Virus record (IMG/VR): IMGVR_UViG_3300022745_000026
Coordinates: 1-64,000 of that record
Reading direction: 5' to 3' (one strand)
Source of the DNA: a virus
Length of the DNA: 64,000 nt
Shown here: one piece after another, positions 47,101 to 55,171 of the stretch
Position numbering within the stretch: position 1 is the stretch's first letter
Layout: every line of letters starts with the position of its first letter
Program-made: the position numbers and the translations under genes
The notes under the pieces: generated by a model
Told to the model about the DNA's origin: nothing
The model's input: the letters and a program-made list of their open reading frames with translations, nothing else
Databases searched by the model: none

Positions 47101-49149
47101 AGTATCAGAGGCGGTCTTAGTTATGATGTCCTGTAAAGTCTCATACTGCTTTGCAGTGAACCCATAGGCTTGGCCGACGGCGACGGTGACTTCTGCAGCC
47201 TTTTGCATAGCCACGCCCCCCGCTGAGGCAAACCGCATCGTAGGCTCAAGAGCAGCCATTGCGTCGGCGGCGTTCAAGCCGGCCAGGGAGAGGACCTCAA
47301 GTCCCTTGGCAGCTTCCAGCGGACCGTACATACCCTTGTTACCCAACTCCAGCAGGCGGTCACGCAGCATAGCCATGTCTGCAGCCGAAGTGCCAGCTAC
47401 TTCAGAGATACCAAACAGGGTGGTCTCAAACTCCTTGCCTGACTTGATAGCCCCCATCAAGCTGAAGGACACCGCAGCACCCGCCAGCAGCGGTAGGGTG
47501 TTACCCCAAGTGAGCCATAGGGCTCCGAAGCCCGATGCCAAGCCTCGTACGCTGGAGTGTAGGTTGTTACCGGATAGCGAGAGTTTCTCGAAGCTTCCAG
47601 CCAAGGCCTCTGCCTCTTTGGCATGAGACGGTAGGTTCAGGGCTGGGAGAGCCTCGGCAATTGGCTTGAGCGGGGCGACACGCATCGCGTTGTACGGTGT
47701 GTAGGAGCCGACAACCTCGTTGCCGCCCAAGCGTTGGCCAGTGTTACCTATGTTTGCAGCTTTTTGAGCCGCCAACTGGGCCTCCCACCAAGCTGCCCCT
47801 GCTGGTTTGTAGCCTTCCATTGTAGAAGCCTTCATAACTCGGGCTGTGGTCTTTTCTAGGGCTGCAACTTCCTTCAGGAGCCCAGCCTCATACCTCTGCA
47901 TAGCCCCCTGCTGAGTAGCCAACTGGGACTCCCACCAAGCAGGCCCTGCAGGTTTGTAGCCTTCCAATGTGGAGGCCTTCATAACTCGGGCTGTGGTCTT
48001 TTCTAGGGCTGCAACTTCCTTCAGGAGCCCAGCCTCATACCTCTGTGCGGCCTCCTGCTGAGTCGCCAACTGCGACTCCCACCAAGCAGGCCCTGCAGGT
48101 TTGTAGCCTTCCAATGTGGAGGCCTTCATAACTCGGGCTGCAGCCCTGTCCAGCACGGCAGCATCCTTAGCAGCAGCCTCTACCCGAGCCAGCTCTACCT
48201 TCTTGGCGGCCAACCTGATAGCTTCTGCCTCTTTATCAGCCATAGTGCTGATAAGGGCTATCCGAGTCTCATCATGCTTGGCCAATACCAGCCCACTGCC
48301 TTGTATGCCTTGGCGAACAGTACCCACAAAGTCGGAGCCATACTTCTTGGTGGCCAGCTTCTCAGCGTCGGCAGACCCACTCTCTAGCATGCGCCGAATA
48401 CTCTCGGAGCGCTTTTGAATGTTGGCCAGCATGGTGCTGGAGCCTTTTTCGCTAATCTGCTGTAAGGCCGTATTGGTGTCTGTCGCGTACTTGACATTCA
48501 GCGCCATATCTCGCTCGGCATCGGACATGCTTCTGCGGCGGGCAGCAAGCGCCTCCCGCTCGGCTTGGCGCTTCAAGCCCTCCACACGCTTGAACTCGGC
48601 AAGTTGAGCGGCCTGGAACCCGCCCAAGTTAACCCCTTGGCTCCGCCAAGCTGCCAGCTCTTCACCCTGCAACTGACCCATCACAGCTAGTCGATGTTCG
48701 TAAGCAGACTTCAGTGCCGTGGTTTGCATATGCACCAAGTTGAGGGATAGCTTATTGCCGCTCTCAATCTCCTCAAGCATCAACTCTTGGGCGTGTTTGA
48801 AGCTCCCGGCAATTCCGGTCTTCTCCATGGACTTCATTGCTTCCGACATCCGACCAAGGCTGGACTTGGATGAGGTGCCTAGCTGTTCTACTTTTGAGTC
48901 ATAAGCCGCCGCAGACTTTATGAAGGAGCCGAAAGACTCCTCCTGAGCTTTTAAGTTCTTAGCGGTGCTGGGGGAGGCAAAGGCATGCGCGAAATCCACA
49001 CCAGCAGGAGCAGCAGTCTTTAGGGCGGTGGCGGCTTTGGTGGCCGTATCGCCAAGCTTGTCCAGGCTTTTATCCAGGCGGTCGAGCTTAACCAGGTCTC
49101 CCTCGGGGATATTAACGCCTATCTCAAGTTTGTCATTGCCTTCGCTCAT
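41125..49149 (-). CDS. tail tape measure protein
   Basis: 2674-aa Ala-rich helical protein with a TP901-like core (EAAKGLEVLSLAG, GITGSAAGTS) and C-terminal FATGG...VGENGPE; lies downstream of the chaperones. Confidence 0.92.
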   Translation of the reverse strand: MSEGNDKLEIGVNIPEGDLVKLDRLDKSLDKLGDTATKAATALKTAAPAGVDFAHAFASPSTAKNLKAQEESFGSFIKSAAAYDSKVEQLGTSSKSSLGRMSEAMKSMEKTGIAGSFKHAQELMLEEIESGNKLSLNLVHMQTTALKSAYEHRLAVMGQLQGEELAAWRSQGVNLGGFQAAQLAEFKRVEGLKRQAEREALAARRRSMSDAERDMALNVKYATDTNTALQQISEKGSSTMLANIQKRSESIRRMLESGSADAEKLATKKYGSDFVGTVRQGIQGSGLVLAKHDETRIALISTMADKEAEAIRLAAKKVELARVEAAAKDAAVLDRAAARVMKASTLEGYKPAGPAWWESQLATQQEAAQRYEAGLLKEVAALEKTTARVMKASTLEGYKPAGPAWWESQLATQQGAMQRYEAGLLKEVAALEKTTARVMKASTMEGYKPAGAAWWEAQLAAQKAANIGNTGQRLGGNEVVGSYTPYNAMRVAPLKPIAEALPALNLPSHAKEAEALAGSFEKLSLSGNNLHSSVRGLASGFGALWLTWGNTLPLLAGAAVSFSLMGAIKSGKEFETTLFGISEVAGTSAADMAMLRDRLLELGNKGMYGPLEAAKGLEVLSLAGLNAADAMAALEPTMRFASAGGVAMQKAAEVTVAVGQAYGFTAKQYETLQDIITKTASDTIASVSDMAEAFKTASVVAQHFNLSLADTAEGLGSLAQIGITGSAAGTSYRNFYTEITKTSGKVAEALKQLKVNIRQIGGEADGELKPTIEIFRELTLATINKTKASQDSYFAGLSNERGSKTFAAAQAKALETMKSMVPEHLKEAEALEAKGKKAEAAAVRVRAVNEAFDIMAAKSKESTENAAGKNFIISAEKRLTPQGSLDALKASLETGLVKAFGSVSDSLMVFADQLHQTFSSDSFQTGLANLVKGTVNVGLAFVDATKYAWEHKEAMLGVAGAYILFGQEALTALLTGFVAVRAATTAFMAEVAVGSTVMAALRSSIAGVAMSLELLAPGILAAGSALATGALVAGIAAVTLGVIAATAAVGALAVKWIFAGESAQEALEKQDAKTLKGLQESSAAIKAKMNLFNESLTSELAASESALKARKDGLTASQAADKAYGEAAVRRVDEYYRQLAGIERLLAAESELYFIRNSMYDPEMAHATAQAELESRLVKIRQQQSTDVIKTITDTNRLFQIKKQIASFDLAESKTKRRGIQGSEEDIFDAKAGKAKPHKVALDLTQDNTLTELTKRHTTALALFDKLESDKLAILKVKRDAEMITEGQYFAELLAMTRAFSDEKTALLEHDAKTYSDAYATSILNIVSATDKWKKSNPQATSEEVAKAVKDMETKISSAQNSAESFFEKISAEKAKAASATFRLIESEVIKVGKALHDLKKTSQEFWDAQDKAQVKAAAAAALDESLRYADPSYAAGVKASAAAQEALNDQYDKLVPNLKEAQANLDALIASQMDSGVPITAATELMEKYNAQIAALRSEMDKLKGEKAAGITQRAAETAKTILANSERDKLAGSLADAVIGGLTAGGEESAKNLKKVLEDELSKPIKVNMQAMFSSMMGGPAFSGTGFLSGLGGPGALGGLGGPGSTILASLSGLYDKLTGSMNVGASVGNFLMDKSASITSSLGLGEGANQLLGEFGAGMTNTATLQSATMAAQAGGAQLAGVIAGSVMNGVSGYGLSKALSGGFKIDGLNIDAIAGIASMIPGIGPVAGVIGGLVSRAFGHGETQVREQGTRGTFSSSGFSGQNYANMYQQGGWFTSDRTWTETSAIDAGIAKRWTTAFEGVKTAAADSAKAMGLSTDSITNYSKSIDLAAGATSDTVLAVFTGMADELALKLVPNIAGMALEGESARETLARLASGMSTVNNWLTATHHALFAVSISGAAAAAELIKAHGGLDKFIASSQAFYDTYYTSGEKVADSQTKMRKALALLGYALPSTNAGFRALVEGLDLNTEAGRTAHAVLLNLAPEFATTAEALKTLADEASKAAVTASEAILKAVTGSQRDVVQSLGLVTSSLTLLSSTAATPVVSSLAAATAASAAMSNELLFMNSIMGDSASSVLAFKAQIPPLTSGFTDSQQAAYRLQQQIYSLSIAADSANIDFTKLSAALASVNTETFMVTVTKVFEDLAGRIGKVLGDISSERIAVRDAAIGIIAPESMSKSQIESRIASVQSGAPSNSGVLSTAANFNTLTTQLAAANARITAAQAAADTAQANATRYTTATSNYGNAYFDYTNKYSAVAKAQDVVNATPSRAMRDVGDWWNRSSEAYTPQSYIDAVNALTSAQAALKDSEAKMYSAQALRNQIITELGGNGQGALTAANQNLVAETTTRDALQAQVTSAQAVAKAAVLAYQKAMQDFVNSASTSVTQLAKLKDETVKYYESQKALADLLAKSAAGIRETIRSYKFSQMTDVQKAEDLKSQFAQATLLAQSATGEGLAAAGDKVNSLINPLIEALQATGQDSLVSKVLADSESVAALVDKNILAMGDYKSESLALLDMIDKKLLALGASTGSAQDVIAAAVAAGSDKTASGLRAVIAAILGQSIPAFATGGFHTGGLRLVGENGPELEATGPSRIYNAAQTQSLLDGTGGSNTAQLEALIAQQAEIMRQQSRQLENMSYELRAIAGSTGYTSAVLKKVTQGGESLQTTEVPAT
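47771..48140 (-). repeat. 147-bp (49-aa) tandem repeat, ~2.5 copies, inside the tape measure gene
   Basis: GCCTTCATAACTCGGGCTG recurs at ~47828, ~47975 and ~48122, encoding ARVMKAST.EGYKPAG.AWWE.QL. Confidence 0.9.
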
Positions 49150-49213
49150 CGGGTGCTCCTGTAGGATTAGCGATTTTACTCGCTGCCATCGTCATTCACT
49201 AGCGACAAAAACG

Positions 49214-49241
49214 ATAAAGCCAGCACTGAGGCTGGCTTTAT
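49214..49241 (-). terminator. stem-loop / terminator after the tail chaperones
   Basis: ATAAAGCCAGC-ACTGAG-GCTGGCTTTAT. Confidence 0.7.
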
Positions 49242-49566
49242 TTGCTTTTCTCTGCCTGAAAAGACTTGTAGGCCCTATCAAGTACCCTTATACCCCACCA
49301 TAGGTCTTGGGCATCATGCAGCCCTATTCTATGGTGAGCACAGTAGGCGTTGAACTCTACCAAGGTAAGCCGGTTTACCCCAGCCATCGCCGCCTGCCTC
49401 GTCTCTGACAAATCCCAGAAGACCTGCATTGTGTAGCTCAGGTGCTTCTGGATTGTCGGCCTTCTGGCCAAGGCTGCCGGCTTTATGCCTGAATTTTCTT
49501 CAAACTCAAGCAGTTCCTTTATGGAGGCACCCCACTCAAGTTCCCAGATCAGGCAGTCCTCTAGTT
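49238..49566 (-). CDS. tail assembly chaperone, -1 frameshift extension (lambda T-like part)
   Basis: The -1 frame is open from the slippery site: LEDCLIWELEWG...FWDLSETRQ...IRVLDRAY. Confidence 0.8.
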
Positions 49567-49962
49567 TTTTGCGTCTTCAGCCTCTTGCTCGGCCTTGAAC
49601 GATTCAAAGTCTTCGCTTACGGACGAGATGTAGCGGCGGAAGTCCTTGATGGCCAACAGGCGCTTAGCATTCTCAATGCTATATTCCAGCTTCTCGCCCT
49701 TGATAGATACGTCACCCTTCCAACCCAACAGGATTGTCTTGGCCATAACTTCGCCCATCAGGCTCTCATTGAGCGCTTCAGCAGCCTCGCCCTTAGACTC
49801 CAAAGCAACTTTGTTACGCTTGTACATACTGGCCAAGAGGCGGTTGTACTTGGCGTTGCCAGCACGAGCTACCAAGAAGCTCACGCCGTTGCCGTACTCG
49901 ACCCAGCGTCCGTCTTGCTCAGCTTTTTCATCTACAGCGAAGGTGGAAAAAATATCTAACAT
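49561..49962 (-). CDS. tail assembly chaperone (lambda G-like)
   Basis: AAGGA RBS, ILLGWKG...YS.ENA..LL motif; ends GCA AAA AAC TAG. Confidence 0.85.
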   Translation of the reverse strand: MLDIFSTFAVDEKAEQDGRWVEYGNGVSFLVARAGNAKYNRLLASMYKRNKVALESKGEAAEALNESLMGEVMAKTILLGWKGDVSIKGEKLEYSIENAKRLLAIKDFRRYISSVSEDFESFKAEQEAEDAKN

Positions 49963-49994
49963 AGGATTCCTTGTGGTGGTGGTTGATTGATTCC

Positions 49995-50200
49995 GGTACA
50001 GAGTATATCGCAAAGTGATAGACCCACGGCTAAAGCCGGGGGCTTCATGCTTCACAGGCAATAGCCGCCACGGATGACTTACGCCCCCGCTTTGGTCTTA
50101 CATCGCCTCCACATGCAGTAACGACCAATCCGGCCGCTAACATTCTTTTTGCTTCATTGCGAATATTGATTGCGGCGTTCACGTCTCTATCGTGAATTTC
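49995..50200 (-). ncRNA. predicted TnpB omega/reRNA with guide TTTGCGATATACTCTGTACC (5' boundary approximate)
   Basis: Established TnpB architecture: the scaffold overlaps the tnpB 3' end and right-end hairpin, and the guide is the flank beyond TCAC. Confidence 0.6.
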
Positions 50201-51322
50201 ACCGCAAGCAGCGCAAGTCCAGCCCCTAACCTCCAAGGGCATTGATGGGGCTTTAGTCAAGCAGCCAGAGCACAATTTGCTAGAAGGGAACCACCGATTG
50301 ACTTCGATGTACCCCTTGCCGGCTTTTTGTGCCTTGTACTTGATGAACCCCGTGAACATACCCCAGCCCGCATCGCCAATTGACTTTGCTAAGTTGTGGT
50401 TTTTCATCATGCCTTGCACATTCAACCCCTCGACCGCTATAACTTGGTTTTCGTCAACAATACGGCGAGACAGTTTGTGCAGGTAATCTTTTCGCTGATT
50501 TGCAACCTTGGCGTGAACCTTGGCTACCAAGACGCGAGCCTTGTTTCTATTAGCAGAGCCTTTTTGTTTGCGCGCTAGCTTTTGCTGTTTGCGCTTGAGG
50601 TTCTTTTCTGCTTTTCTAAAGAATCGTTTTGTGTCAAATTTAGAACCATCGCTTGTTACGGCGAAAGTCTCAAGACCAACATCAACACCAATGAATTTAC
50701 CCTTGTAGGAGGGTGCTGGCACTTCTAGGCCGTCATCCATCAGGATTGCAGCGTAGTAGTGACCGCTTGCATCTTTCGATACCGTGACCGTCTTCATAGT
50801 GCCAACTAGCTCACGATGCACTACAGCTTTGACGTGGCCTATTTTGGGCAGGTAAATCTTGCAACCGTCAACAATCTTGACACCCTGTGGGTATTGGATG
50901 GATTGCTTACCCTGTTTACTTTTGAACTTGGGGTACTTCGCACGCTTCTCAAAGAAATTGACGAATGCACGGGACATATGCAGGCTAACGCTTTGTAGGA
51001 CTTGGCTATGCACCTGAGTCAACCAATCAAATTCTTCTTTTAGCGCAGGCAGGCGTGCATTCAGTGCAAACTGACCTAGCCCTTTGCCTGTTTCTTTGTA
51101 AGTCTCTTGTGTTTTGCCAAGCTGTTATTCCAGAACCAACGCGCACAACCAAATGCCTGAGCTAGCTTTTGCTGCTGCTGCATGTTCGGGTAGATGCGTA
51201 TATGGGTTGCTTGAAACATTTGCTTATTGTATATCTAATTTATGATAAGTGCAACAAGTTGTTCAAATTATTCCGAAGTTGCCTTATACCCCAAGCCTGG
51301 GGGCGGGATTTACGGAAAACTG
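50015..51322 (-). mobile_element. non-autonomous IS200/IS605-family element (tnpB only)
   Basis: Left end follows TTTAA and carries an AAAT + CCCGCCCCCAGGCTTGGGG hairpin. Right end is GAAG + CCCCCGGCTTTAGCCGTGGG hairpin ...TCAC. No tnpA is present. Confidence 0.85.
50045..51219 (-). pseudogene. tnpB: TnpB RNA-guided nuclease, frameshifted near the 5' end
   Basis: Start 51219 MFQATHIRIYPN...FGCARWFWN; the frame breaks at the A4 run 51112-51115. RuvC D (GVDVG), E (AVEGL), D (DRDVNAA) and the Zn finger are intact. Confidence 0.85.
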
Positions 51323-51324
51323 TT

Positions 51325-51357
51325 AAAAAGGCTCCGAGAAATTTCTTTCCCGGAGCC
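51325..51357 (-). terminator. intrinsic terminator of the tail tube gene
   Basis: Minus strand GGCTCCG...CGGAGCC followed by TTTTT. Confidence 0.8.
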
Positions 51358-51389
51358 AAAAGGTTGGTACCACCCAACCACCACGAAAT

Positions 51390-52607
51390 TTAGACAGCTG
51401 CCACGCCGAAGGCGTCTAAAAACACTACCTTCTGCAGGGTAGCATCAGCATTAGAAGCGTCACGCAAAGCAGTGAACTTAACATCAGCCATCAAGTCAGC
51501 ATCCTTGCCACCAGCGGTAATCTGGTAGGAAGAGATAGTAACTGCAGGCAGAGAGAACACATAACCGTTACCTGCGCCATCCATTGTGGAAAAGGCCAAG
51601 GAGGTCAAGGTGTTGTTCACGAACTTGTCGAAGATAGTCTTGTCGGCAAAGTAGATGGACATAGAGCCAGTCAGGGCGATAGTTCCGCTACCGATACCAA
51701 CGCTACCCAAGGAGCACAGAGCATCTTGTTCGCGCAGAGCATTGTCGTAGTCCAAGCTGAGGGACTTGACGAAGGTGCTGGACAATGGGACACCGCCCTC
51801 CCACACTTGGCAAGAGCTTCCTGTGACGCCGGACTGGATGTCGAAGGTGTAGCTGGACACTGGAGTTCCAGGCAACACAGTCGCAGTAGTCATGGCTGCT
51901 TGCTTACCAACAAACGAGAAGTTGATGGTAGACAGATTACCCGACTGGATGGAAATAGCCATCTTGCTTGGGGTCATTCCAGTGAAGGCTTCAAACACGC
52001 CCACGTCAGTCATGTTCTTCTCAATGGTGTAAGAAGTCTGAGTGGTTCCATGGGTCAAGCGGCGAGTCTGCACAGAGCAGGTGGCGACAGCAGTGCCTAC
52101 GGTAGCAGGGGTGCCAGCATCCAAGGTGATTACGGTGGCCGTCGGGGCAGTCACAGAACTCACGCGGAAGAGCTTACCGTTGTTCACACCGCCAGTTGTC
52201 AGACGGAACCACTGACCTTTTTTCAGGTTGGTGAAGGCGCTGGTAGTGGTGGGGGCCACAGAAGCAGTGATGGTGGTAGCAGTGAAGTCTGCAGTGAAAG
52301 TGGTGCCGATACCGTTGGTACCATGGACAGAGAACGTGCTCTGCAAGGTGGATTCCATCAGGCGGTCGTACTCGCGGTACTGCATCTCACCGTTCAGGTC
52401 CCCGGAGCACTTAGCACCAGTAGGGACCATGCTGGAGGACGAGCGGGTAGAGTTGATTTCCGTAGACACAGCTTTGGTGATGTCATAGGTCAAGCTCTCG
52501 CCGGTGATACGAATATTCAGGGGGTTACCTGCAACAGGGGTAACGCCGAAAGTGGCTTCAGGGATGTAGCGTACCTGTGCGGCGCTAGTGCTTGCGAGGA
52601 TGGGCAT
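51390..52607 (-). CDS. major tail tube protein
   Basis: E.TFGVTP...ITGESL, SYTIEK, G.IALTGSMSIYF motifs; located between tail terminator and chaperones; AGGAG RBS. Confidence 0.88.
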   Translation of the reverse strand: MPILASTSAAQVRYIPEATFGVTPVAGNPLNIRITGESLTYDITKAVSTEINSTRSSSSMVPTGAKCSGDLNGEMQYREYDRLMESTLQSTFSVHGTNGIGTTFTADFTATTITASVAPTTTSAFTNLKKGQWFRLTTGGVNNGKLFRVSSVTAPTATVITLDAGTPATVGTAVATCSVQTRRLTHGTTQTSYTIEKNMTDVGVFEAFTGMTPSKMAISIQSGNLSTINFSFVGKQAAMTTATVLPGTPVSSYTFDIQSGVTGSSCQVWEGGVPLSSTFVKSLSLDYDNALREQDALCSLGSVGIGSGTIALTGSMSIYFADKTIFDKFVNNTLTSLAFSTMDGAGNGYVFSLPAVTISSYQITAGGKDADLMADVKFTALRDASNADATLQKVVFLDAFGVAAV

Positions 52608-52715
52608 ATGTGGCTCCTAGTAAAAGATGTTGAAGTTTGCACTTTTATCTGGAACCTGTAGCCCATTTACTGCTGAGTGCGGCACTCCTGTCAGTGGGTC
52701 ACTGACGACAGGTCA

Positions 52716-53129
52716 TTAGTTGTCATCAGCCCAGAATGGAACTAAGGCCGGATAGTAGACCCACCCCTTGAACGCCTGCTCTCTGGCGAAGGAGGCCATG
52801 CGAGTGCGGACACCGCCGAACTGAGAGCGCTGCAAGGCTCGATAGAAGTGCTCCAAGAGCACCAAGGCCTTGGCTGACCCTGCTCCTTCCTTGGTAGCCG
52901 CCTGCAGGTGTATCTGGCCGACCTTCCGATGTATCGGGTTTGCACTCAGGTCTGCTTGTGCGCCGTCCAAGAATCGGATGTTCACCACCAAGAACGGGTC
53001 AAGCTGCGTTGCCGTATCGACTATGATTCGGTTGTCGTATTCAATGACAAGTGGGTAGCCTGTAAAGCTGGCCTTGGCAGCTTCTACAGCAGTAACTATA
53101 CTTTGACGGTGTTGTTCAAGTGTGGCCAT
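52716..53129 (-). CDS. putative tail terminator protein
   Basis: Synteny and size; C-terminal PF.AD. Confidence 0.65.
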   Translation of the reverse strand: MATLEQHRQSIVTAVEAAKASFTGYPLVIEYDNRIIVDTATQLDPFLVVNIRFLDGAQADLSANPIHRKVGQIHLQAATKEGAGSAKALVLLEHFYRALQRSQFGGVRTRMASFAREQAFKGWVYYPALVPFWADDN

Positions 53130-53659
53130 TATGAAATCCAGTTGTATTTGTACTTCTGTATAATATAGTCTACAAAAGCTATGCCTTCTAAGTGGCGATG
53201 TATAGGCCGGTAGTTGGGGTCCATGTTTCCGGTCTTGATGCTACCGGAGATTGGAGAGGAGTTGACAAGTGTTACCTTGGTATTGTATTTTATCGTGCTG
53301 ATGACAGCCAGCCCGCTTGCCAAGGGTTCTTGTATAGCCTCTGGATGGCCTGCATACCTTACCTTATCGTAGTATTCCTTGATCTGGCTGGAATCCCTAT
53401 GATTAATACTACGGTACTCGTTATCTAGTTCAGTCTTATACCAGTTTTTAGTGTAGCCAGTGTGTGGACTATTAGCTGTAACTACCTGCCAGTTAGAAAC
53501 GAAATCTCCAGAATACTGTGGAGATTCCTTTAGAACTGCTTTCAAAACCTGTGTAACTTTTTTCTTGACGAACTCAGTCGGCCTACTCTTGATGAGGGCT
53601 CTTTGGGCTTTCGTTTTGCTCAGAAACGAATTTAAGTTCTTTACTTCAATTCCGGCCAT
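53129..53659 (-). CDS. putative neck / tail-completion protein (HK97 gp10-like)
   Basis: SPQYSGDFVSNW motif; GAG before ATG 53659; synteny. Confidence 0.65.
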   Translation of the reverse strand: MAGIEVKNLNSFLSKTKAQRALIKSRPTEFVKKKVTQVLKAVLKESPQYSGDFVSNWQVVTANSPHTGYTKNWYKTELDNEYRSINHRDSSQIKEYYDKVRYAGHPEAIQEPLASGLAVISTIKYNTKVTLVNSSPISGSIKTGNMDPNYRPIHRHLEGIAFVDYIIQKYKYNWIS

Positions 53660-53661
53660 AC

Positions 53662-54495
53662 TCAACCTCGACGGATGTGCAGGCTCCAAGCATCTTGGTC
53701 TGAGACTATGGCAATAATTCTCCAACTCTCAGAATTAACCACTACGTTTTGACCGACTACTGGGCTAACTGACGACTTAGCAACAATCAACGCCATGTCA
53801 CCAGCCAAGTTGCTTGGGCTTGCTTGCGTGCGAAACTCATAGACCTTGTAGTAGTCCAAGAGGATTGACGGCACCGTCACGCTGGCAGCGCTGTAAGTGT
53901 CGAGCACGGGATTGTACACGCCAGTGCTGGTGAAGGTGGAGGAAATTACGCCGTAATCAATTTCGTCGCATTGAGCTGTCTTGAAGCCTTCCAAGGACAG
54001 GTGGACCGTGCGTACACGGTAGAGGGTTGGGCCCTGCTTAACCAAGGTCCCTTTTGCGATTACTGCATTCTTGCTGAAGTGGAAAATCCAGAATGGGTCA
54101 TACTGGGCGTCAGTGACGCCGTTCACAGTGTCCTTCAGGTAATCCCGCTGCCCATGCTGTGCGGTAACTACGGTGCCGGAGCATGCTTGGCCAGGTGTGA
54201 CAAGGCTGAATAGCCCGCTGCTTGCCTTCATCCAGTAAGACGCTCGGATAGCCCCTCCCCGCCACTCATCCAGTATTCCATCACCAACTACCCACATCTC
54301 ATTCAGTACGTTGATTGTGGAATGCGTGGGAGTGGTGATGGATGGGTCAACGCTCAGTACCCGGCGCTTAGCTGTACTGCCGTCGGGCGAGGCCTCTAGG
54401 AAGGTTGACACCTGTGCCTTGAACAGCAGAGCATTGTTGTAGGCATCGTACACCTGGCAGGTGTCAAATCGGCGGGCAGCAGCCTTTAATTTCAT
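53662..54495 (-). CDS. putative head-closure protein
   Basis: Synteny; beta-rich sequence ending WSLHIRR. Confidence 0.6.
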   Translation of the reverse strand: MKLKAAARRFDTCQVYDAYNNALLFKAQVSTFLEASPDGSTAKRRVLSVDPSITTPTHSTINVLNEMWVVGDGILDEWRGGAIRASYWMKASSGLFSLVTPGQACSGTVVTAQHGQRDYLKDTVNGVTDAQYDPFWIFHFSKNAVIAKGTLVKQGPTLYRVRTVHLSLEGFKTAQCDEIDYGVISSTFTSTGVYNPVLDTYSAASVTVPSILLDYYKVYEFRTQASPSNLAGDMALIVAKSSVSPVVGQNVVVNSESWRIIAIVSDQDAWSLHIRRG

Positions 54496-54980
54496 GCTGT
54501 CACCGGGTCTTTGGCCAGGCCTGCAGCCACTGTGAATATTGGCGTGATACTCTGGGGAGGGGTGTAGCCGTTCAAGAGGGTAAGGGAGGCTTGTAGCCGT
54601 GCCCGAATGCTGACATACCCTGCATTCACCCCGTTGCGGACAGTCTCGAAGGGGTCTGCAAAGCGCTCAAATGAGGCCCGACCGTCTGTAACCTTTAGGG
54701 GGCTGAATAGGGGCAGGGAGGTGAGCAGTAACTTGCTGTAGGCATAGGCAGAAAACATGTTTGCTACTGCGAACACCTTGGTCTGCAGGGCTGTCCGGGA
54801 CATGACAGGGGTGGCCAAGATGGAGTCCAGGAGTGCCGGCAAGGTCGAGTCTATGTCCGACAGCTCAAGTTCCAGTTGGTCGGTGAAGACCTTTAGGTCA
54901 AGTGTAGCGTCTTCGAGTTCTTCGTCGGAAACTCCAAGGACCGCTCGAACTTCATCTGGGGTGGTGCGTGTTAGGGCCAT
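54492..54980 (-). CDS. putative head-tail adaptor
   Basis: TTPDEVRAVLGV..EEL.D start; synteny downstream of the capsid gene. Confidence 0.65.
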   Translation of the reverse strand: MALTRTTPDEVRAVLGVSDEELEDATLDLKVFTDQLELELSDIDSTLPALLDSILATPVMSRTALQTKVFAVANMFSAYAYSKLLLTSLPLFSPLKVTDGRASFERFADPFETVRNGVNAGYVSIRARLQASLTLLNGYTPPQSITPIFTVAAGLAKDPVTA

Positions 54981-55041
54981 GCGTCGATTATGGGCGGCTT
55001 TGTAGTTTTTGGGTGCTTAGGTGGTGGAAGATGGCAGTTTG

Positions 55042-55050
55042 TGATATACT
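55042..55050 (+). promoter_or_regulatory. extended -10 promoter (TGaTATACT) for the second HNH-AP2 cassette
   Basis: TG-N-TATACT immediately before the structured leader. Confidence 0.6.
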
Positions 55051-55161
55051 GGCTTCAACAGCTTCTGAATACCTGTAGGAAGGGTAGAATTCAAAAGCTG
55101 TTAAAGGCCTACCGCCTGTGCTTTCGTGTTCCTACCACGGAGGTGCAGGCGGTTTTCTTTT
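55051..55161 (+). ncRNA. putative structured leader RNA with perfectly complementary loops; second hairpin terminator-like
   Basis: Hairpin 1 (55051-55109) has loop GTAGGAA (55075-55081). Hairpin 2 (55111-55153, 18 bp including G-U pairs) has loop TTCCTAC (55129-55135) and is followed by TTTCTTTT. Confidence 0.7.
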
Positions 55162-55171
55162 GGAGATTGAG

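Noticed and set aside
49963-50061. N-terminal extension of the tail chaperone ORF in the ORF track
   Set aside because: It crosses the IS right end; the RBS supports ATG 49962.
51726-52661. 311-aa + strand ORF and similar long antisense ORFs (e.g. 1902-2594, 56296-57075, 63047-63835)
   Set aside because: Shadows of well-supported genes on the opposite strand, with no recognisable motifs.
55038-55050. TTTGTGATATACT resembles the TnpB guide start TTTGCGATATACT
   Set aside because: No TTTAA TAM upstream, a seed mismatch, and the match ends after 13 nt; explained by shared -10 promoter consensus.
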